From: Thermosulfurimonas dismutans
GTDB lineage: Bacteria > Desulfobacterota > Thermodesulfobacteria > Thermodesulfobacteriales > Thermodesulfobacteriaceae
Direction of reading: 5' to 3'
DNA length: 32,000 nt
Assembly (NCBI RefSeq): GCF_001652585.1
Contig: NZ_LWLG01000019.1
Location: forward strand, 8,101 to 40,100
Positions 1-10,472 of this stretch are shown here, piece by piece. Each line of letters begins with the position of its first letter. Position 1 is the first letter of the stretch. The notes beneath the pieces were generated by a model that saw only the letters and a list, made by a program, of their open reading frames with translations, did no database searches and had not been told where the DNA came from. Both the position numbers and the translations under genes were made by a program.

Positions 1-1071
1 GTCAAAAATATTGTAGATTATGGGGCCTTCATTGATATAGGAGGGGTTGAGGGGTTTCTGCATATCTCCGATCTTTCCTGGGGAAGGATAAAGCATCCCG
101 GGGATCTCCTTAAGATAGGAGATCAAGTAAGGGTAAAGGTCCTCTCCCTGGATCGTGAAAAAGAAAGGATAAAGCTCGGCATCAAACAACTTACTCCTGA
201 CCCCTGGGAAAGCGTAGCCGAACGGTATAAAGAAGGTGATAAAGTTCAAGGCCGAGTAGTATCTCTCACCTCCTTCGGGGCCTTTGTGGAAGTCGAACCC
301 GGCGTGGAAGGACTCATCCACCTATCTGAACTTTCTTGGACCAAAAGGATCAAACATCCGAGAGATATGCTTTCCGTAGGAGATCAAGTTGAAACTGTGG
401 TTTTAAAAGTAGATCCCGAAAATCGTAAGCTTTCTTTGAGTTTAAGACGTATCGAACCCAATCCTTGGGAAATTTTGGTCGAAAATATGCCTCCAGGCAC
501 GGTTATTGAAGCCCTAGTTAAAACTGTAACGGATTTTGGGATTTTCGTAGAAGTTACTAAAGAGATAGACGGTTTTATCCATGTTTCCGATCTTTCCTGG
601 GGAAGGATAGGCCATCCTTCTGAGAAGTTCAAACCGGGTGATGTAATTAAGGCCGTAGTCCTTAAAATTGACCCTGAGAAAGAAAAGCTAAATTTAGGTA
701 TCAAACAGCTTTCGCCGGATCCTTGGGAGCTAGCTCCCGAGAAATACCCTGTGGGAAGTGTGGTCTCCGGGAAGGTTACCAAAGTTACAGATTTCGGAAT
801 CTTTGTGGAGATCGAAGAAGGTCTTGAAGGTTTGGTACACGTTTCAGAGCTTGGAGAAGAAAAGATCAAAACTCCCGTAGGAGTTATTGAAGTTGGTCAA
901 GAAGTAAAGGCCAAGGTCATAAGACTAGAGCCCGAAAAGAAGCGCATGGCCCTTTCCATTAGAAAATACAAAGAGGACGAAGCCCGTCAGGAATATCTTC
1001 ATCTTTCGGAAGAGCGCAAAGGCACCGGCGTTACACTGGGTACCTTTTTGAAAGAAGTCGTAAATAAGTAG
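1..1071 (+). CDS. rpsA: 30S ribosomal protein S1, C-terminal part (5' end lies outside the window)
   Basis: Frame 1 is open from nt 1 (VKNIVDYGAFIDIGGVEGFLHISDLSWGRI...) and runs into the listed ORF. It contains tandem S1 RNA-binding repeats, each with the FG(A/I)FV(E/D)...G(L/F)(I/V)H(L/V/I)S(E/D)LS signature. The stop is at 1069-1071. Confidence 0.9.
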   Translation, partial: VKNIVDYGAFIDIGGVEGFLHISDLSWGRIKHPGDLLKIGDQVRVKVLSLDREKERIKLGIKQLTPDPWESVAERYKEGDKVQGRVVSLTSFGAFVEVEPGVEGLIHLSELSWTKRIKHPRDMLSVGDQVETVVLKVDPENRKLSLSLRRIEPNPWEILVENMPPGTVIEALVKTVTDFGIFVEVTKEIDGFIHVSDLSWGRIGHPSEKFKPGDVIKAVVLKIDPEKEKLNLGIKQLSPDPWELAPEKYPVGSVVSGKVTKVTDFGIFVEIEEGLEGLVHVSELGEEKIKTPVGVIEVGQEVKAKVIRLEPEKKRMALSIRKYKEDEARQEYLHLSEERKGTGVTLGTFLKEVVNK

Positions 1072-1085
1072 AATAAAAATTCCTC

Positions 1086-1964
1086 ATGAAAAAAGGGTTT
1101 TTATACGGATTGGCCTTTCTGGGGGGCGTCTTTCTATTTTTCATGGTTTTAGGTTTTTTACTATCCTTAGGTTTACAATTCCGAGGCCCCTCACATCGCG
1201 AAGCCATTGGTGTAGTTGAAATCAAAGGACTCATTACGGAAGCAGATGAAAAAATCAAAATCCTTGAAGATTTTCGGTATCGCAAAGATATTAAAGCCTT
1301 GGTGGTAAGAATAGACAGCCCTGGTGGAACTGTAGGGGCTTCTCAAGAACTTTACGAGGAACTCAGGAGGATCTCGCGACTAAAACCGGTAGTAGTTTCC
1401 TTAGGATCAGTAGCCACCTCTGGAGCTTATTACGCGGCTTTAGGAGGAACCAAAATCTTGGCTTCCCCTGGAACTATTACTGGTAGTATAGGTGTTCTCT
1501 TACAGATTCCCAACATAGAGGAACTGCTCAAGAAATTGGGCATCAAACCTGTAGTTCTCAAAAGTGGGAAATACAAGGATCTGGTATCTTACTATCGAAC
1601 TCCAAGCCCCAAAGAAAAAAAGATCCTAGAAGAAACTCTTTCGGAAGTACATGAACAATTTATGAGAGCCGTGGCGGAAAGGAGGAAAATACCCCTGGAA
1701 AAAGTGAAAGAATTAGCTGATGGACGAATTTTTACCGGCGAGAAGGCCAAGAAACTAGGCCTCATTGACGATCTAGGCAATTTTATGGAGGCGGTGGAGC
1801 TAGCTGCTAGACTTGGAGACTTAAAAGGAAGACCTCATCTGGTATACGGTAGCGGAAAGAAAGGCCTTCTGAAGAAACTTATTGAGGGTCAATTTGATCT
1901 ACCGCTAGAAAGTTTTTGGTTTTCTCCGTGGTATCTTTGGGATGGAGGTGCCACTCTTCTATGA
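1086..1964 (+). CDS. sppA: signal peptide peptidase SppA (36K type, peptidase S49)
   Basis: 292 aa with an N-terminal TM helix. It has the S49 core (ALVVRIDSPGGTV ... GSVATSGAYY ... TGSIGV) and the typical length of the short SppA form. Confidence 0.85.
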   Translation: MKKGFLYGLAFLGGVFLFFMVLGFLLSLGLQFRGPSHREAIGVVEIKGLITEADEKIKILEDFRYRKDIKALVVRIDSPGGTVGASQELYEELRRISRLKPVVVSLGSVATSGAYYAALGGTKILASPGTITGSIGVLLQIPNIEELLKKLGIKPVVLKSGKYKDLVSYYRTPSPKEKKILEETLSEVHEQFMRAVAERRKIPLEKVKELADGRIFTGEKAKKLGLIDDLGNFMEAVELAARLGDLKGRPHLVYGSGKKGLLKKLIEGQFDLPLESFWFSPWYLWDGGATLL

Positions 1965-3133
1965 AAAGACACGAACTGATCGAAAGGCTCACCGCTCATT
2001 TTCCCGAGTTGCGCAAAAGAGATCTTGAAAGTCTAGTTGAAGCTACCTTTGAAGAGATAAGTCGCTTCCTAAAGGATGGAGGACGAATAGAATTTCGCGA
2101 TTTCGGACGTTTTGAAGTTCATCATGGAAAAGAAAGGATTTTCGTAAATCCTAAGAATGGGGAAACTTATTATTTACCCGGAAATCAACGATTGGTCTTC
2201 AAAGTGGGCAAAGACCTTAAGGAAAGACTCAACACCCCCCCTCTAGCAGCCCTGGATCTGGGCACTCAAACTTTCAGGCTGGCTCTCGGTAAGAAAGAAG
2301 AAGGGGGGTTAAGGGTTATTGCTCGCTATCGAGAAAATGTCCGTTTGGGTGAAGGGTTGGCTAAGTCCGATGAGATTTCCGTTGAGGCCTGGCGCCGAGG
2401 AATCTCGGCCTTGAAAAATTTTTACCAAATTCTTGACACTCTCGAGGTCTCCCATTATCGAGCTATAGGAACTGCAGTTTTTAGAAGAGCAAAAAACATT
2501 TCAAAATTTATACAAGAAGCTAAGGGATTAGGAATTAAAATTGAAGTAATTTCTCCCGAAGAAGAGGCCTGGTTGGTTGTAAAAGGGGTAATGGCTGGTC
2601 TGAAACTACAAAGCGAACGGTTTCTTCTAGTAGATGCTGGAGGAGGAAGTACTGAAATTGTTTTTATTGAAAACGGAAAGAAAATTTGGGAAACGAGTCT
2701 TCCTCTAGGGGTGGTTACCTTAAAAGATCACCTCATCAAAACTTACCCCTTAACCCGAGAGGAATATCGAAGTTTAAGGTCTCATATAGGAAAAGTTCTC
2801 TCAGAGGTAGAATGGCCTAAAAACATAGATTTAGTGGTAGGTTGTGGAGGAAGCGCTAGTCTCTTAGGAGCCTTAGACCTCAAATTGGCTAAATATGTTC
2901 CGGAAAGACTTCATGGACACAAGATCTCTCAGAAAAAAATAGAATCCCTCGGTGAGTATCTCTGGGGGCTATCCCTCTCCAAAATTAGGCGTTTGAGGGG
3001 TATGGAAAGCGGTCGAGAAGATATTGCATTGCCAGGAATTTTAATTTATTCCGAGATATTAAGAAAAACTAACCAATCTCATCTTGTTATTAGTGAATGG
3101 GGACTCCTTGAAGGTCTACTCTTGTCTCTTTGA
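1961..3133 (+). CDS. IHF/HU-like DNA-bending domain fused in one ORF to a Ppx/GppA-family phosphatase
   Basis: I prefer the ATG at 1961, which forms an ATGA overlap with the sppA stop. Residues 1-92 (MKRHELIERL...RIEFRDFGRFEVHH...NPKNGE...FKVGKDLKERLN) match the IHF-beta/HU pattern. The remainder (AALDLGTQTFRL..., GEGL, AIGTAVFRRAKN, EVISPEEEAWL, VDAGGGSTE) matches Ppx/GppA domains I-II. The listed start at 1916 adds 15 unlikely residues. Confidence 0.75.
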   Translation: MKRHELIERLTAHFPELRKRDLESLVEATFEEISRFLKDGGRIEFRDFGRFEVHHGKERIFVNPKNGETYYLPGNQRLVFKVGKDLKERLNTPPLAALDLGTQTFRLALGKKEEGGLRVIARYRENVRLGEGLAKSDEISVEAWRRGISALKNFYQILDTLEVSHYRAIGTAVFRRAKNISKFIQEAKGLGIKIEVISPEEEAWLVVKGVMAGLKLQSERFLLVDAGGGSTEIVFIENGKKIWETSLPLGVVTLKDHLIKTYPLTREEYRSLRSHIGKVLSEVEWPKNIDLVVGCGGSASLLGALDLKLAKYVPERLHGHKISQKKIESLGEYLWGLSLSKIRRLRGMESGREDIALPGILIYSEILRKTNQSHLVISEWGLLEGLLLSL

Positions 3134-3168
3134 GCCAAAAAACTTATAAAATAAGGAGGGGTGCTTAG

Positions 3169-4644
<1,476 letters not shown>

Positions 4645-4646
4645 AG

Positions 4647-5852
4647 ATGCCAATTTATAGCTGGGTAGGTAAAACCCTTTCAGGAGAGGTCAGGCGGGGC
4701 GAGATGGAGGCCCCGGACCCCAAACTGGTAGAGGCTCGCCTAAGACGCCTCCAGCTCATACCGCTTAAGATTACCGAAAAAAAGGAATCTTTTCTGGCTC
4801 GCTTTCAACCTAAAAAGGTTAAGGGCAAAGAGGTGGCCATTTTTACTAGACAACTGGCCACCATGCTAGAATCCGGCCTTCCCCTAGTCCAGGCCCTTGA
4901 GGCCCTGGCCAGCCAACAAAAAAACCCTTACTTTCAGAAGGTTATCCGCAAGATAAAAACCTCCGTGGAGAGTGGCAGCAGTTTGGCAGAATCTTTGAGG
5001 GAATTCCCCAAGATCTTTGATGAGCTCTATTATCAGATGGTTAACGCCGGTGAGGCCGGAGGTAACCTGGATGAAATCCTGAAGAGAATGGCCACCTATC
5101 AAGAAAAAATTCTGGCCATCAAAGCCAAGATTCGTCAGGCTATGATGTACCCGGCGGTGATTATTTTTGTGACTATTGTCGTGCTTTCCATTATTATGGT
5201 TTACGTCATTCCTAAGTTTGCCCAGATGTTTGCTGAGGCTGGACAGGCCTTACCGCTTCCTACCCAGATTGTAATTGCAGCCAGCACTATCACCAAAAAA
5301 TATTTTCCATTTTTCATAGCCGGCCTAATAGGCTTTATCATTATTATTCGCCGTCTTTATCGCACAGAAAAGGGACGTTATAAAATAGACAAATTATTGC
5401 TTAGATTTCCTCTTTTCGGTGACCTCTTGCACAAGTCCGCCCTGGCCCGATTCTCAAGAACTTTAAGTAGTCTCATCGCCAGTGGGGTACCTCTACTTCA
5501 AGGACTTTCCATTGCAGGCAAGGTCTCCGGAAACCGTGTAATAGAAAAAGTAGTAGAAGAGGTGAGACTTAGCGTCTCCGAAGGACAATCCATTGCTGAA
5601 CCCATGGCTGTAAGCGGTTATTTTCCCCACATGGTAACTCAAATGATCTCCGTAGGAGAAGCTACCGGGGCCCTAGAACAGATGCTTGATAAAGTAGCCG
5701 ATTTCTACGAAGACGAAGTGGATCGTACGGTGGACACCATTTCCACCCTTATCGAACCCATCTTAATCGTTTTTCTCGGTGGCATCATCGGAGGTATCAT
5801 CATTTCTTTATATTTGCCTATCTTCAAACTTGCGAGTGTAGTAGGTGGCTAA
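4647..5852 (+). CDS. pilC: type II secretion system F-family / type IV pilus platform protein (PilC-like)
   Basis: 401 aa with two T2SS-F repeats ([15 protein letters not shown]... and [15 protein letters not shown]...) and three TM segments. No pilB or pilT is adjacent. Confidence 0.75.
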   Translation: MPIYSWVGKTLSGEVRRGEMEAPDPKLVEARLRRLQLIPLKITEKKESFLARFQPKKVKGKEVAIFTRQLATMLESGLPLVQALEALASQQKNPYFQKVIRKIKTSVESGSSLAESLREFPKIFDELYYQMVNAGEAGGNLDEILKRMATYQEKILAIKAKIRQAMMYPAVIIFVTIVVLSIIMVYVIPKFAQMFAEAGQALPLPTQIVIAASTITKKYFPFFIAGLIGFIIIIRRLYRTEKGRYKIDKLLLRFPLFGDLLHKSALARFSRTLSSLIASGVPLLQGLSIAGKVSGNRVIEKVVEEVRLSVSEGQSIAEPMAVSGYFPHMVTQMISVGEATGALEQMLDKVADFYEDEVDRTVDTISTLIEPILIVFLGGIIGGIIISLYLPIFKLASVVGG

Positions 5853-6787
5853 AGGCCGACCTCTCTCAACTGTTTAAGGAGTTCCTTCTGTTTCTTGGTA
5901 AGCCTTTTGGGTATCAAAGGCTCCAGCTTAACGTAAAGATCTCCCTTAGAACCGTTTTCTCCTGGGAGCCCTAGACCCTTCAGTCTGAGTTTGGCCCCCG
6001 GCTTGGTCCCCGGAGGTATCTTGGCCTTTATCTTTTTCCCATACACCGTAGGGATTTCGACTTCCCCTCCCAAAAAGAATGAACTCAAAGGTACCTCTCG
6101 AGAAATAACGAGATCTCTGCCATCCCGTTCAAAAATGGGATGCGGCTCGATCTTGATCTTCAAGAAGAGATCCCGCCTTCGACCATCCGGCCCGATAGGT
6201 CCTTTGGCCGGAAGTCTCAATTTTTGGCCTTCTTTGACCCCGGGAGGAATATGAACTTTGACTTTCTCAGGTTTTCCTAAGGGAGCTATCGAAAGGATCT
6301 TTTCTCCTCCCTGAGCTACCTCCTCAAGGGTTACTGGTAACTCAAGAACCATTTCTTGTTCGAAATCGAATTGCCGAGACGAGCGAGGTTCATAAGTACC
6401 AAAGAGATCACTAAAGAAACCCGAAAGATCAAAGGTGAAACCCTTACTACTCCGCGTCCCCTCTCCGAAACGGAAAAACCTGCCGAAGTCGAAATCGATC
6501 CCGAGATCCCGAAAGATGTTCTCGAAATTGAAGCCTCGAAAGATATCCTCTTGAGAGTAGCGTTTCTCAAATTCCACAGATCCGAACATATCATACTGTT
6601 TACGCTTCTCGGGATCAGAAAGGACGGCATAGGCCTCATTAATCTCCTTAAACTTCTCCTCGGCCTCTTTATTGCCTCGATTACGGTCAGGGTGATACTT
6701 CAAGGCCAGGCGTCGATAGGCCTTCTTGATCTCTTCTTGAGTAGCGTTTCTGGGAACTCCTAAAATCTTATAATAATCCTTCGGCAT
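5849..6787 (-). CDS. cbpA: DnaJ-class co-chaperone lacking the Cys-rich zinc-finger region (CbpA-like)
   Basis: It has an N-terminal J domain (DYYKILGV...YHPDRN...AYAVLSD) and DnaJ C-terminal beta-domains, but no CxxCxGxG repeats. Its stop overlaps the pilC stop convergently. Confidence 0.75.
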   Translation of the reverse strand: MPKDYYKILGVPRNATQEEIKKAYRRLALKYHPDRNRGNKEAEEKFKEINEAYAVLSDPEKRKQYDMFGSVEFEKRYSQEDIFRGFNFENIFRDLGIDFDFGRFFRFGEGTRSSKGFTFDLSGFFSDLFGTYEPRSSRQFDFEQEMVLELPVTLEEVAQGGEKILSIAPLGKPEKVKVHIPPGVKEGQKLRLPAKGPIGPDGRRRDLFLKIKIEPHPIFERDGRDLVISREVPLSSFFLGGEVEIPTVYGKKIKAKIPPGTKPGAKLRLKGLGLPGENGSKGDLYVKLEPLIPKRLTKKQKELLKQLREVGL

Positions 6788-6827
6788 GCCTTAAAGTTAA
6801 AACGGAAAAAGGACGAGTCAAGAAAAG

Positions 6828-6912
6828 GTGGCTCCCCGAGGGTTTAGGGGGGTGGAGGTGGGTTATCGTCTGAGGGTAGAGACGATGAGGGGGGCGTCCC
6901 TCAGGGAGCCAC
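6828..6912 (-). terminator. long nested hairpin between resB and cbpA, a candidate terminator or structured RNA
   Basis: The outer stem pairs 6828-6842 with 6898-6912 (14 bp with 1 mismatch). The inner stem pairs ATCGTCT 6865-6871 with AGACGAT 6880-6886. On the minus strand the structure is followed by TTTTCTT. Confidence 0.3.
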
Positions 6913-6940
6913 TCTAAATTTATACCACAACTGCAAATAG

Positions 6941-8221
6941 TCAAGTAAGGTCTATTAAGTATTTGTTAACGAATCTTTCGATCTGCTTTTTGAGATCTTC
7001 CCGGTAGCGTTTGCTATAACCTCCCACGATAACCCGAGAGCCCTTTTCGTGAGGTCTAATATAGACCCAAATTACCCGGTGGGTGAAAAAGAAAGCTGCA
7101 AAAATACCAAGGATCATTAATAGAAAACCTATCCATACCAGGATAGCGCCAGGATCCTTTCTCACCTGAAGTCCGGTCATAAAAATGGGCTTGGCTTCCA
7201 ACATCGAAAGAGAAATCTTATGGGGAGAAAAGGAGAGCTCCTGCCGATGGCCTTCAATCAACCAAATCATCTGGGGTTCATGCCCTTCCTTGGTTATCCA
7301 GACCTTGGCCATCCGGAAACCGTGTGCCTCTCCGTACTGGATCAGTCCAATAGTAAGGTCCTCTTCCTCCCAGCTTCCATCACGGAAAGGCTTAATCACT
7401 AAGTCTTTACTCTTGTTACCAATTTCAACCCTTATTTTAATAGCGGCATATTCTTGATAAGAAGATTGATAGAAACGGATTTTTTTATACTCCAAAGGAT
7501 GGTTTACCCTTATTAAATAGTTAAATGATTGGTTTCCATCTATAACGGTTACATGAGAACGATAATCCTTCGGCATGCCATTGGGATAAAATTCAATCTC
7601 GAACTTATCCAGTTTAATATAAAAGGGCAGAGAAATGTAACCCTTCTTTTGGAAAGGAAAAACCTTATTGCTCTTCTCTCCCTCAAGGATATTCATATAA
7701 CCTCGGTAGCCGTAAATAGCCCCAATTAGAGCTCCGATCACAATGACCAAAATGGATCCATGTACAAAATAGACCGAAAAATAGCTCCACCGGAAACGAT
7801 CTTTAACCCCCAAGAAACCCTCTTTAAGGGCCTTGATGTCAAACTCCTTTTCCAAGGAGCTTTTTAATTCCTCTGGGCTCTTAGAAGTAATAATTTCCTT
7901 ACGCATGGGCAACTTTTCAGGATCTATCGACCAAGGATCCCGACGATAGAGTCCTAGAGAAACCGGAAATCTCTTTGCGGAACAAAAGATGAGATTGAGC
8001 AAAAATACTGAAAGAAGTGCAATATACCACCAAGAATGATAAGCATCATAAAGCTGGAAAAAATTAATAATTTTGCCCCAGAAAGATCCATATTTGGCAA
8101 AGTAAAAACCGGGTTCCTTTCCTTGAGGAAGGATTGTTCCTAGAATAGAAGTTGTTGCCAGCGCCAAAAACAGGAAGATGGCCAGTCTGAGAGAGGAAAA
8201 AAAATCAACTATTTTTTTCAT
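6941..8221 (-). CDS. resB: cytochrome c biogenesis protein ResB/Ccs1 family
   Basis: I prefer the ATG at 8221. The resulting N-terminus [34 protein letters not shown] is the canonical ResB N-terminus. The protein also has a large soluble loop and C-terminal TM helices. The listed start at 8320 lies inside tatA. Confidence 0.7.
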   Translation of the reverse strand: MKKIVDFFSSLRLAIFLFLALATTSILGTILPQGKEPGFYFAKYGSFWGKIINFFQLYDAYHSWWYIALLSVFLLNLIFCSAKRFPVSLGLYRRDPWSIDPEKLPMRKEIITSKSPEELKSSLEKEFDIKALKEGFLGVKDRFRWSYFSVYFVHGSILVIVIGALIGAIYGYRGYMNILEGEKSNKVFPFQKKGYISLPFYIKLDKFEIEFYPNGMPKDYRSHVTVIDGNQSFNYLIRVNHPLEYKKIRFYQSSYQEYAAIKIRVEIGNKSKDLVIKPFRDGSWEEEDLTIGLIQYGEAHGFRMAKVWITKEGHEPQMIWLIEGHRQELSFSPHKISLSMLEAKPIFMTGLQVRKDPGAILVWIGFLLMILGIFAAFFFTHRVIWVYIRPHEKGSRVIVGGYSKRYREDLKKQIERFVNKYLIDLT

Positions 8222-8378
8222 CTTGCACCTCTTCGTTCTCTTCTGATTTGATAGCCTTCTTGAAGTTTTTAATACCTTCTCCGAGACCTCTACCCAGTTC
8301 AGGCAAACGACTAGCCCCAAAAATAAGCACTATAATCAAAATGATAAGTAATAATTCCGGAAGACCTATGCCAAACAT
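8205..8378 (-). CDS. tatA: twin-arginine translocase subunit TatA/E
   Basis: This 57-aa ORF falls below the 60-aa minimum length seen in the ORF track. It reads [57 protein letters not shown], which matches the TatA consensus of a TM helix followed by an amphipathic helix. An AGGAGG lies 6 nt upstream, and the ORF overlaps the resB start by 17 nt. Confidence 0.8.
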   Translation of the reverse strand: MFGIGLPELLLIILIIVLIFGASRLPELGRGLGEGIKNFKKAIKSEENEEVQDEKNS

Positions 8379-8438
8379 CCAAGCCTCCTAAAAAGGTTTA
8401 AAAACTTTCCCTGCATTTTAAAGCAGGAGGCGTTAAGG

Positions 8439-8906
8439 TCAAGGAAGGTAAGAAATGAGCTTCCCGGAAATGTAAAGGGCACACCCCCAGAAATCCTCTT
8501 CGCATTTTAGGATAACGTATCCCGGTTCTAACTCCGCCGAAAATGGGATCTTTTTTTCCAGTCGCAGGCGATCCAGGGTTAGACGGTCAAGGATCACAAT
8601 ATTACGGGTGGCAAAGCGTCCGAATCGCTGGAGGGCCGCACTGGTAGGTTTAAGGTAACCAGAAACCTTGCGCAGGAAAAGAAGCCCTGCGGTCTGGACA
8701 CGTAAACTCTGCAAGGCTTCGAAATGTTCTGTACGGGTAAAAAGCCAGTAATTTTTGGCCGTAGCCAGAAAAAGATAGGGCTCAAAAAGCGTGGGGCTGA
8801 ATCCAAAACGCTCCTCAAGGTATCCAAGGATATGGGCTCGTTCCTCGTCGGAAACCGGTCTCGGCCATGAGGCCCGGGGATCAAGTTTTTTGATCCTCCT
8901 TTTCAC
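8439..8906 (-). CDS. conserved protein resembling the C-terminal (PUA-like) region of RsmF-type methyltransferases, encoded separately
   Basis: 155 aa with a GTG start in a GTGA overlap with the upstream methyltransferase stop. The tail (GYVILKCEEDFWGCALYISGKLISYLP) recalls the GxxLGxGKxxxxxLKNxxP ending of RsmF C-terminal domains. The assignment is by recollection only. Confidence 0.4.
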   Translation of the reverse strand: MKRRIKKLDPRASWPRPVSDEERAHILGYLEERFGFSPTLFEPYLFLATAKNYWLFTRTEHFEALQSLRVQTAGLLFLRKVSGYLKPTSAALQRFGRFATRNIVILDRLTLDRLRLEKKIPFSAELEPGYVILKCEEDFWGCALYISGKLISYLP

Positions 8907-9832
8907 ACCTGCCTCCTCAATTTAACCACAAAAAAACCTACCGCCCCTATCTCATGGGCGTAAAATCGTTTGGCCTTAACGAGCTCAGGATGAAAGGGCT
9001 TGCCCTCCCATTCGGTAAGACCAGGGTGAGAGGGTAGGGGAGCCTCCCAGGAAAGGACCTCCGCCTGCCGTTTGCGTAAGAGATAGTCCACCACGGCCTC
9101 GTTCTCTTCTGGATTTATAGTACAAGTGGAGTAAACCAGTATTCCACCTGGCCTTAAAAGATCGTAGGCCCTTACGATAAGTCCTTTCTGAATAGCGGGG
9201 AGATTAGTGTGGCCCTCCTTATGGAAAAGGAGTTCTCCTTCGTAGCCTTTGCGGTATCTTCCTTCTCCTGAACAGGGGGCGTCCACCAGAACCTTGTCGA
9301 AGGTTGTCCCTAGGGGAAACTGTTCCCCCCGATAAACGGTAGTCACTACCGAGGCCACCCCGAGACGCCTTAGATTAGCCACTAAGGCCGTGATGCGATC
9401 CAGGCGCTTGTCGTTTGCCACCACTATAGCCTGATCCTCGGTTAGTTGGGCTATCTGAGTAGTCTTGCTACCCGGAGCAGCGCATAGGTCGAGGATGATT
9501 TCCCCAGGGCGGGGATCCAAAGCATAGACTGGAAGAGAGCTTGAAAGAGTCATGGGATAGATTAATCCCAAATAGTACTCGTCGGTGTTCCCCAAGGATA
9601 TATCTCTGGGTTCTACCCTAAAAAACCAGGGCACGGCCTCCACAGGCGTAACTTCAAATCCCTGCCTCGCTAGTCCTCGGACAACCCGATCAGGATCTTG
9701 GGTCTTTAAGGTATTGAGCCTGAAATAAAGAGGTAGGGGCTCGGAAAGAGCATTCAGAAAGCTCTCATAATTGGGAATAAGATCCTGATAGCGGGAAAAA
9801 TAATCCTCAGCTAGGCTAGAAGCCTTCTCCAT
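8903..9832 (-). CDS. RsmB/RsmF (NOL1/NOP2/Sun) family RNA cytosine-C5 methyltransferase, catalytic core only
   Basis: 309 aa with the SAM-binding motif DLCAAPGSKTT and the catalytic Cys motifs DAPCSGEG and YSTCT. Confidence 0.8.
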   Translation of the reverse strand: MEKASSLAEDYFSRYQDLIPNYESFLNALSEPLPLYFRLNTLKTQDPDRVVRGLARQGFEVTPVEAVPWFFRVEPRDISLGNTDEYYLGLIYPMTLSSSLPVYALDPRPGEIILDLCAAPGSKTTQIAQLTEDQAIVVANDKRLDRITALVANLRRLGVASVVTTVYRGEQFPLGTTFDKVLVDAPCSGEGRYRKGYEGELLFHKEGHTNLPAIQKGLIVRAYDLLRPGGILVYSTCTINPEENEAVVDYLLRKRQAEVLSWEAPLPSHPGLTEWEGKPFHPELVKAKRFYAHEIGAVGFFVVKLRRQV

Positions 9833-10472
9833 TCTTTAAAATCCTCTCAAGCTTCCGGTGATCCTCAACCACCAGATCCGCCTCTTGGAGATGATGCGGA
9901 GCAAGAGTGGTAGTAATGGCGATGCACAAAAGCCCTGCGGATTTAGCCGAACGCACTCCTGCAGGGGCATTTTCTACCGCCAGGGCCTCTTCCGCAGGGG
10001 CCCCAAGCCCCGAAAGCCCGACTAGATACGGATCAGGATAGGGTTTTCGGCGGGGTACTTGGTCCCCGGTAACGATAAAGTGGAAAAGGGAGGCCAAGGA
10101 TTTTGGAAAGACCTCATCTAAGATTTCCTGATGAGAGCTGGTAACCAGGGCCAGCTTGCGTCCTTCCTTTCTTAAATCTGCAAGGAGATCCGGCACTTCT
10201 GGAAAAGGTCGTACCTTGGCCTGGTATTTTTCTTTAAAGATCTTTTTTTGAAGGGAAAAGGCCTTCTTAAAGAATTCGGGCGTAGGTTCGATCCCCTGAT
10301 TTTCAAAGAGACTCCTTGCAGTCTCAAGTTCTATAGCACCCTCATGGAGGTAAATTTCTTCCTCAGGGATGTCCAGCCCCAGCATAGAGAAGGCCTCCCG
10401 CCAGGCCCTCACGTGCCAGGGCATACTATCAAGGATCACTCCGTCTAAATCAAAGAGAAGAACCGGTTTCAT
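9816..10472 (-). CDS. HAD-superfamily hydrolase (beta-phosphoglucomutase/phosphatase-like, subfamily IA)
   Basis: It has HAD motif I (LLFDLDGVILDS), motif II (LVTSS) and motif III/IV (KP...ENAPAGVRSAKSAG). Confidence 0.75.
   Translation of the reverse strand: MKPVLLFDLDGVILDSMPWHVRAWREAFSMLGLDIPEEEIYLHEGAIELETARSLFENQGIEPTPEFFKKAFSLQKKIFKEKYQAKVRPFPEVPDLLADLRKEGRKLALVTSSHQEILDEVFPKSLASLFHFIVTGDQVPRRKPYPDPYLVGLSGLGAPAEEALAVENAPAGVRSAKSAGLLCIAITTTLAPHHLQEADLVVEDHRKLERILKNGEGF

Noticed and set aside
384-869. A 161-aa antisense ORF inside rpsA, and the many similar opposite-strand or alternate-frame ORFs in the track (for example 3436-3699, 3984-4473, 6331-6763, 7185-7729, 17758-18108, 20193-20729, 28215-28602, 30090-30866).
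   Set aside because: All lie wholly within strongly supported genes. Their products are low-complexity with no recognisable motifs, and they lack SD sequences. These are classic shadow ORFs.
1916-1960. Upstream-extended starts given in the ORF track (1916, 8320, 19284, 20308, 25269, 27877, 31091, 10807).
   Set aside because: Most of the extensions begin at GTG or TTG without an SD. Most run through the preceding gene or add non-conserved residues. In each case, internal starts with a good SD and family-typical N-termini were preferred. The choice at 31091 versus 31112 remains open.
5849-5852. The convergent overlap of the pilC and cbpA stop codons (TAA 5850-5852 against TAG on the opposite strand at 5849-5851) considered as a regulatory feature.
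   Set aside because: It is real in the sequence, but it most simply reflects genome compaction. There is no structure or motif to suggest function.
6788-6940. A CIRCE (HrcA) or HAIR (HspR) heat-shock operator upstream of the cbpA-like gene.
   Set aside because: There is no TTAGCACTC-N9-GAGTGCTAA. Only one 6/7 half-site resembles HAIR (CTTGACT), with no partner at the correct spacing.
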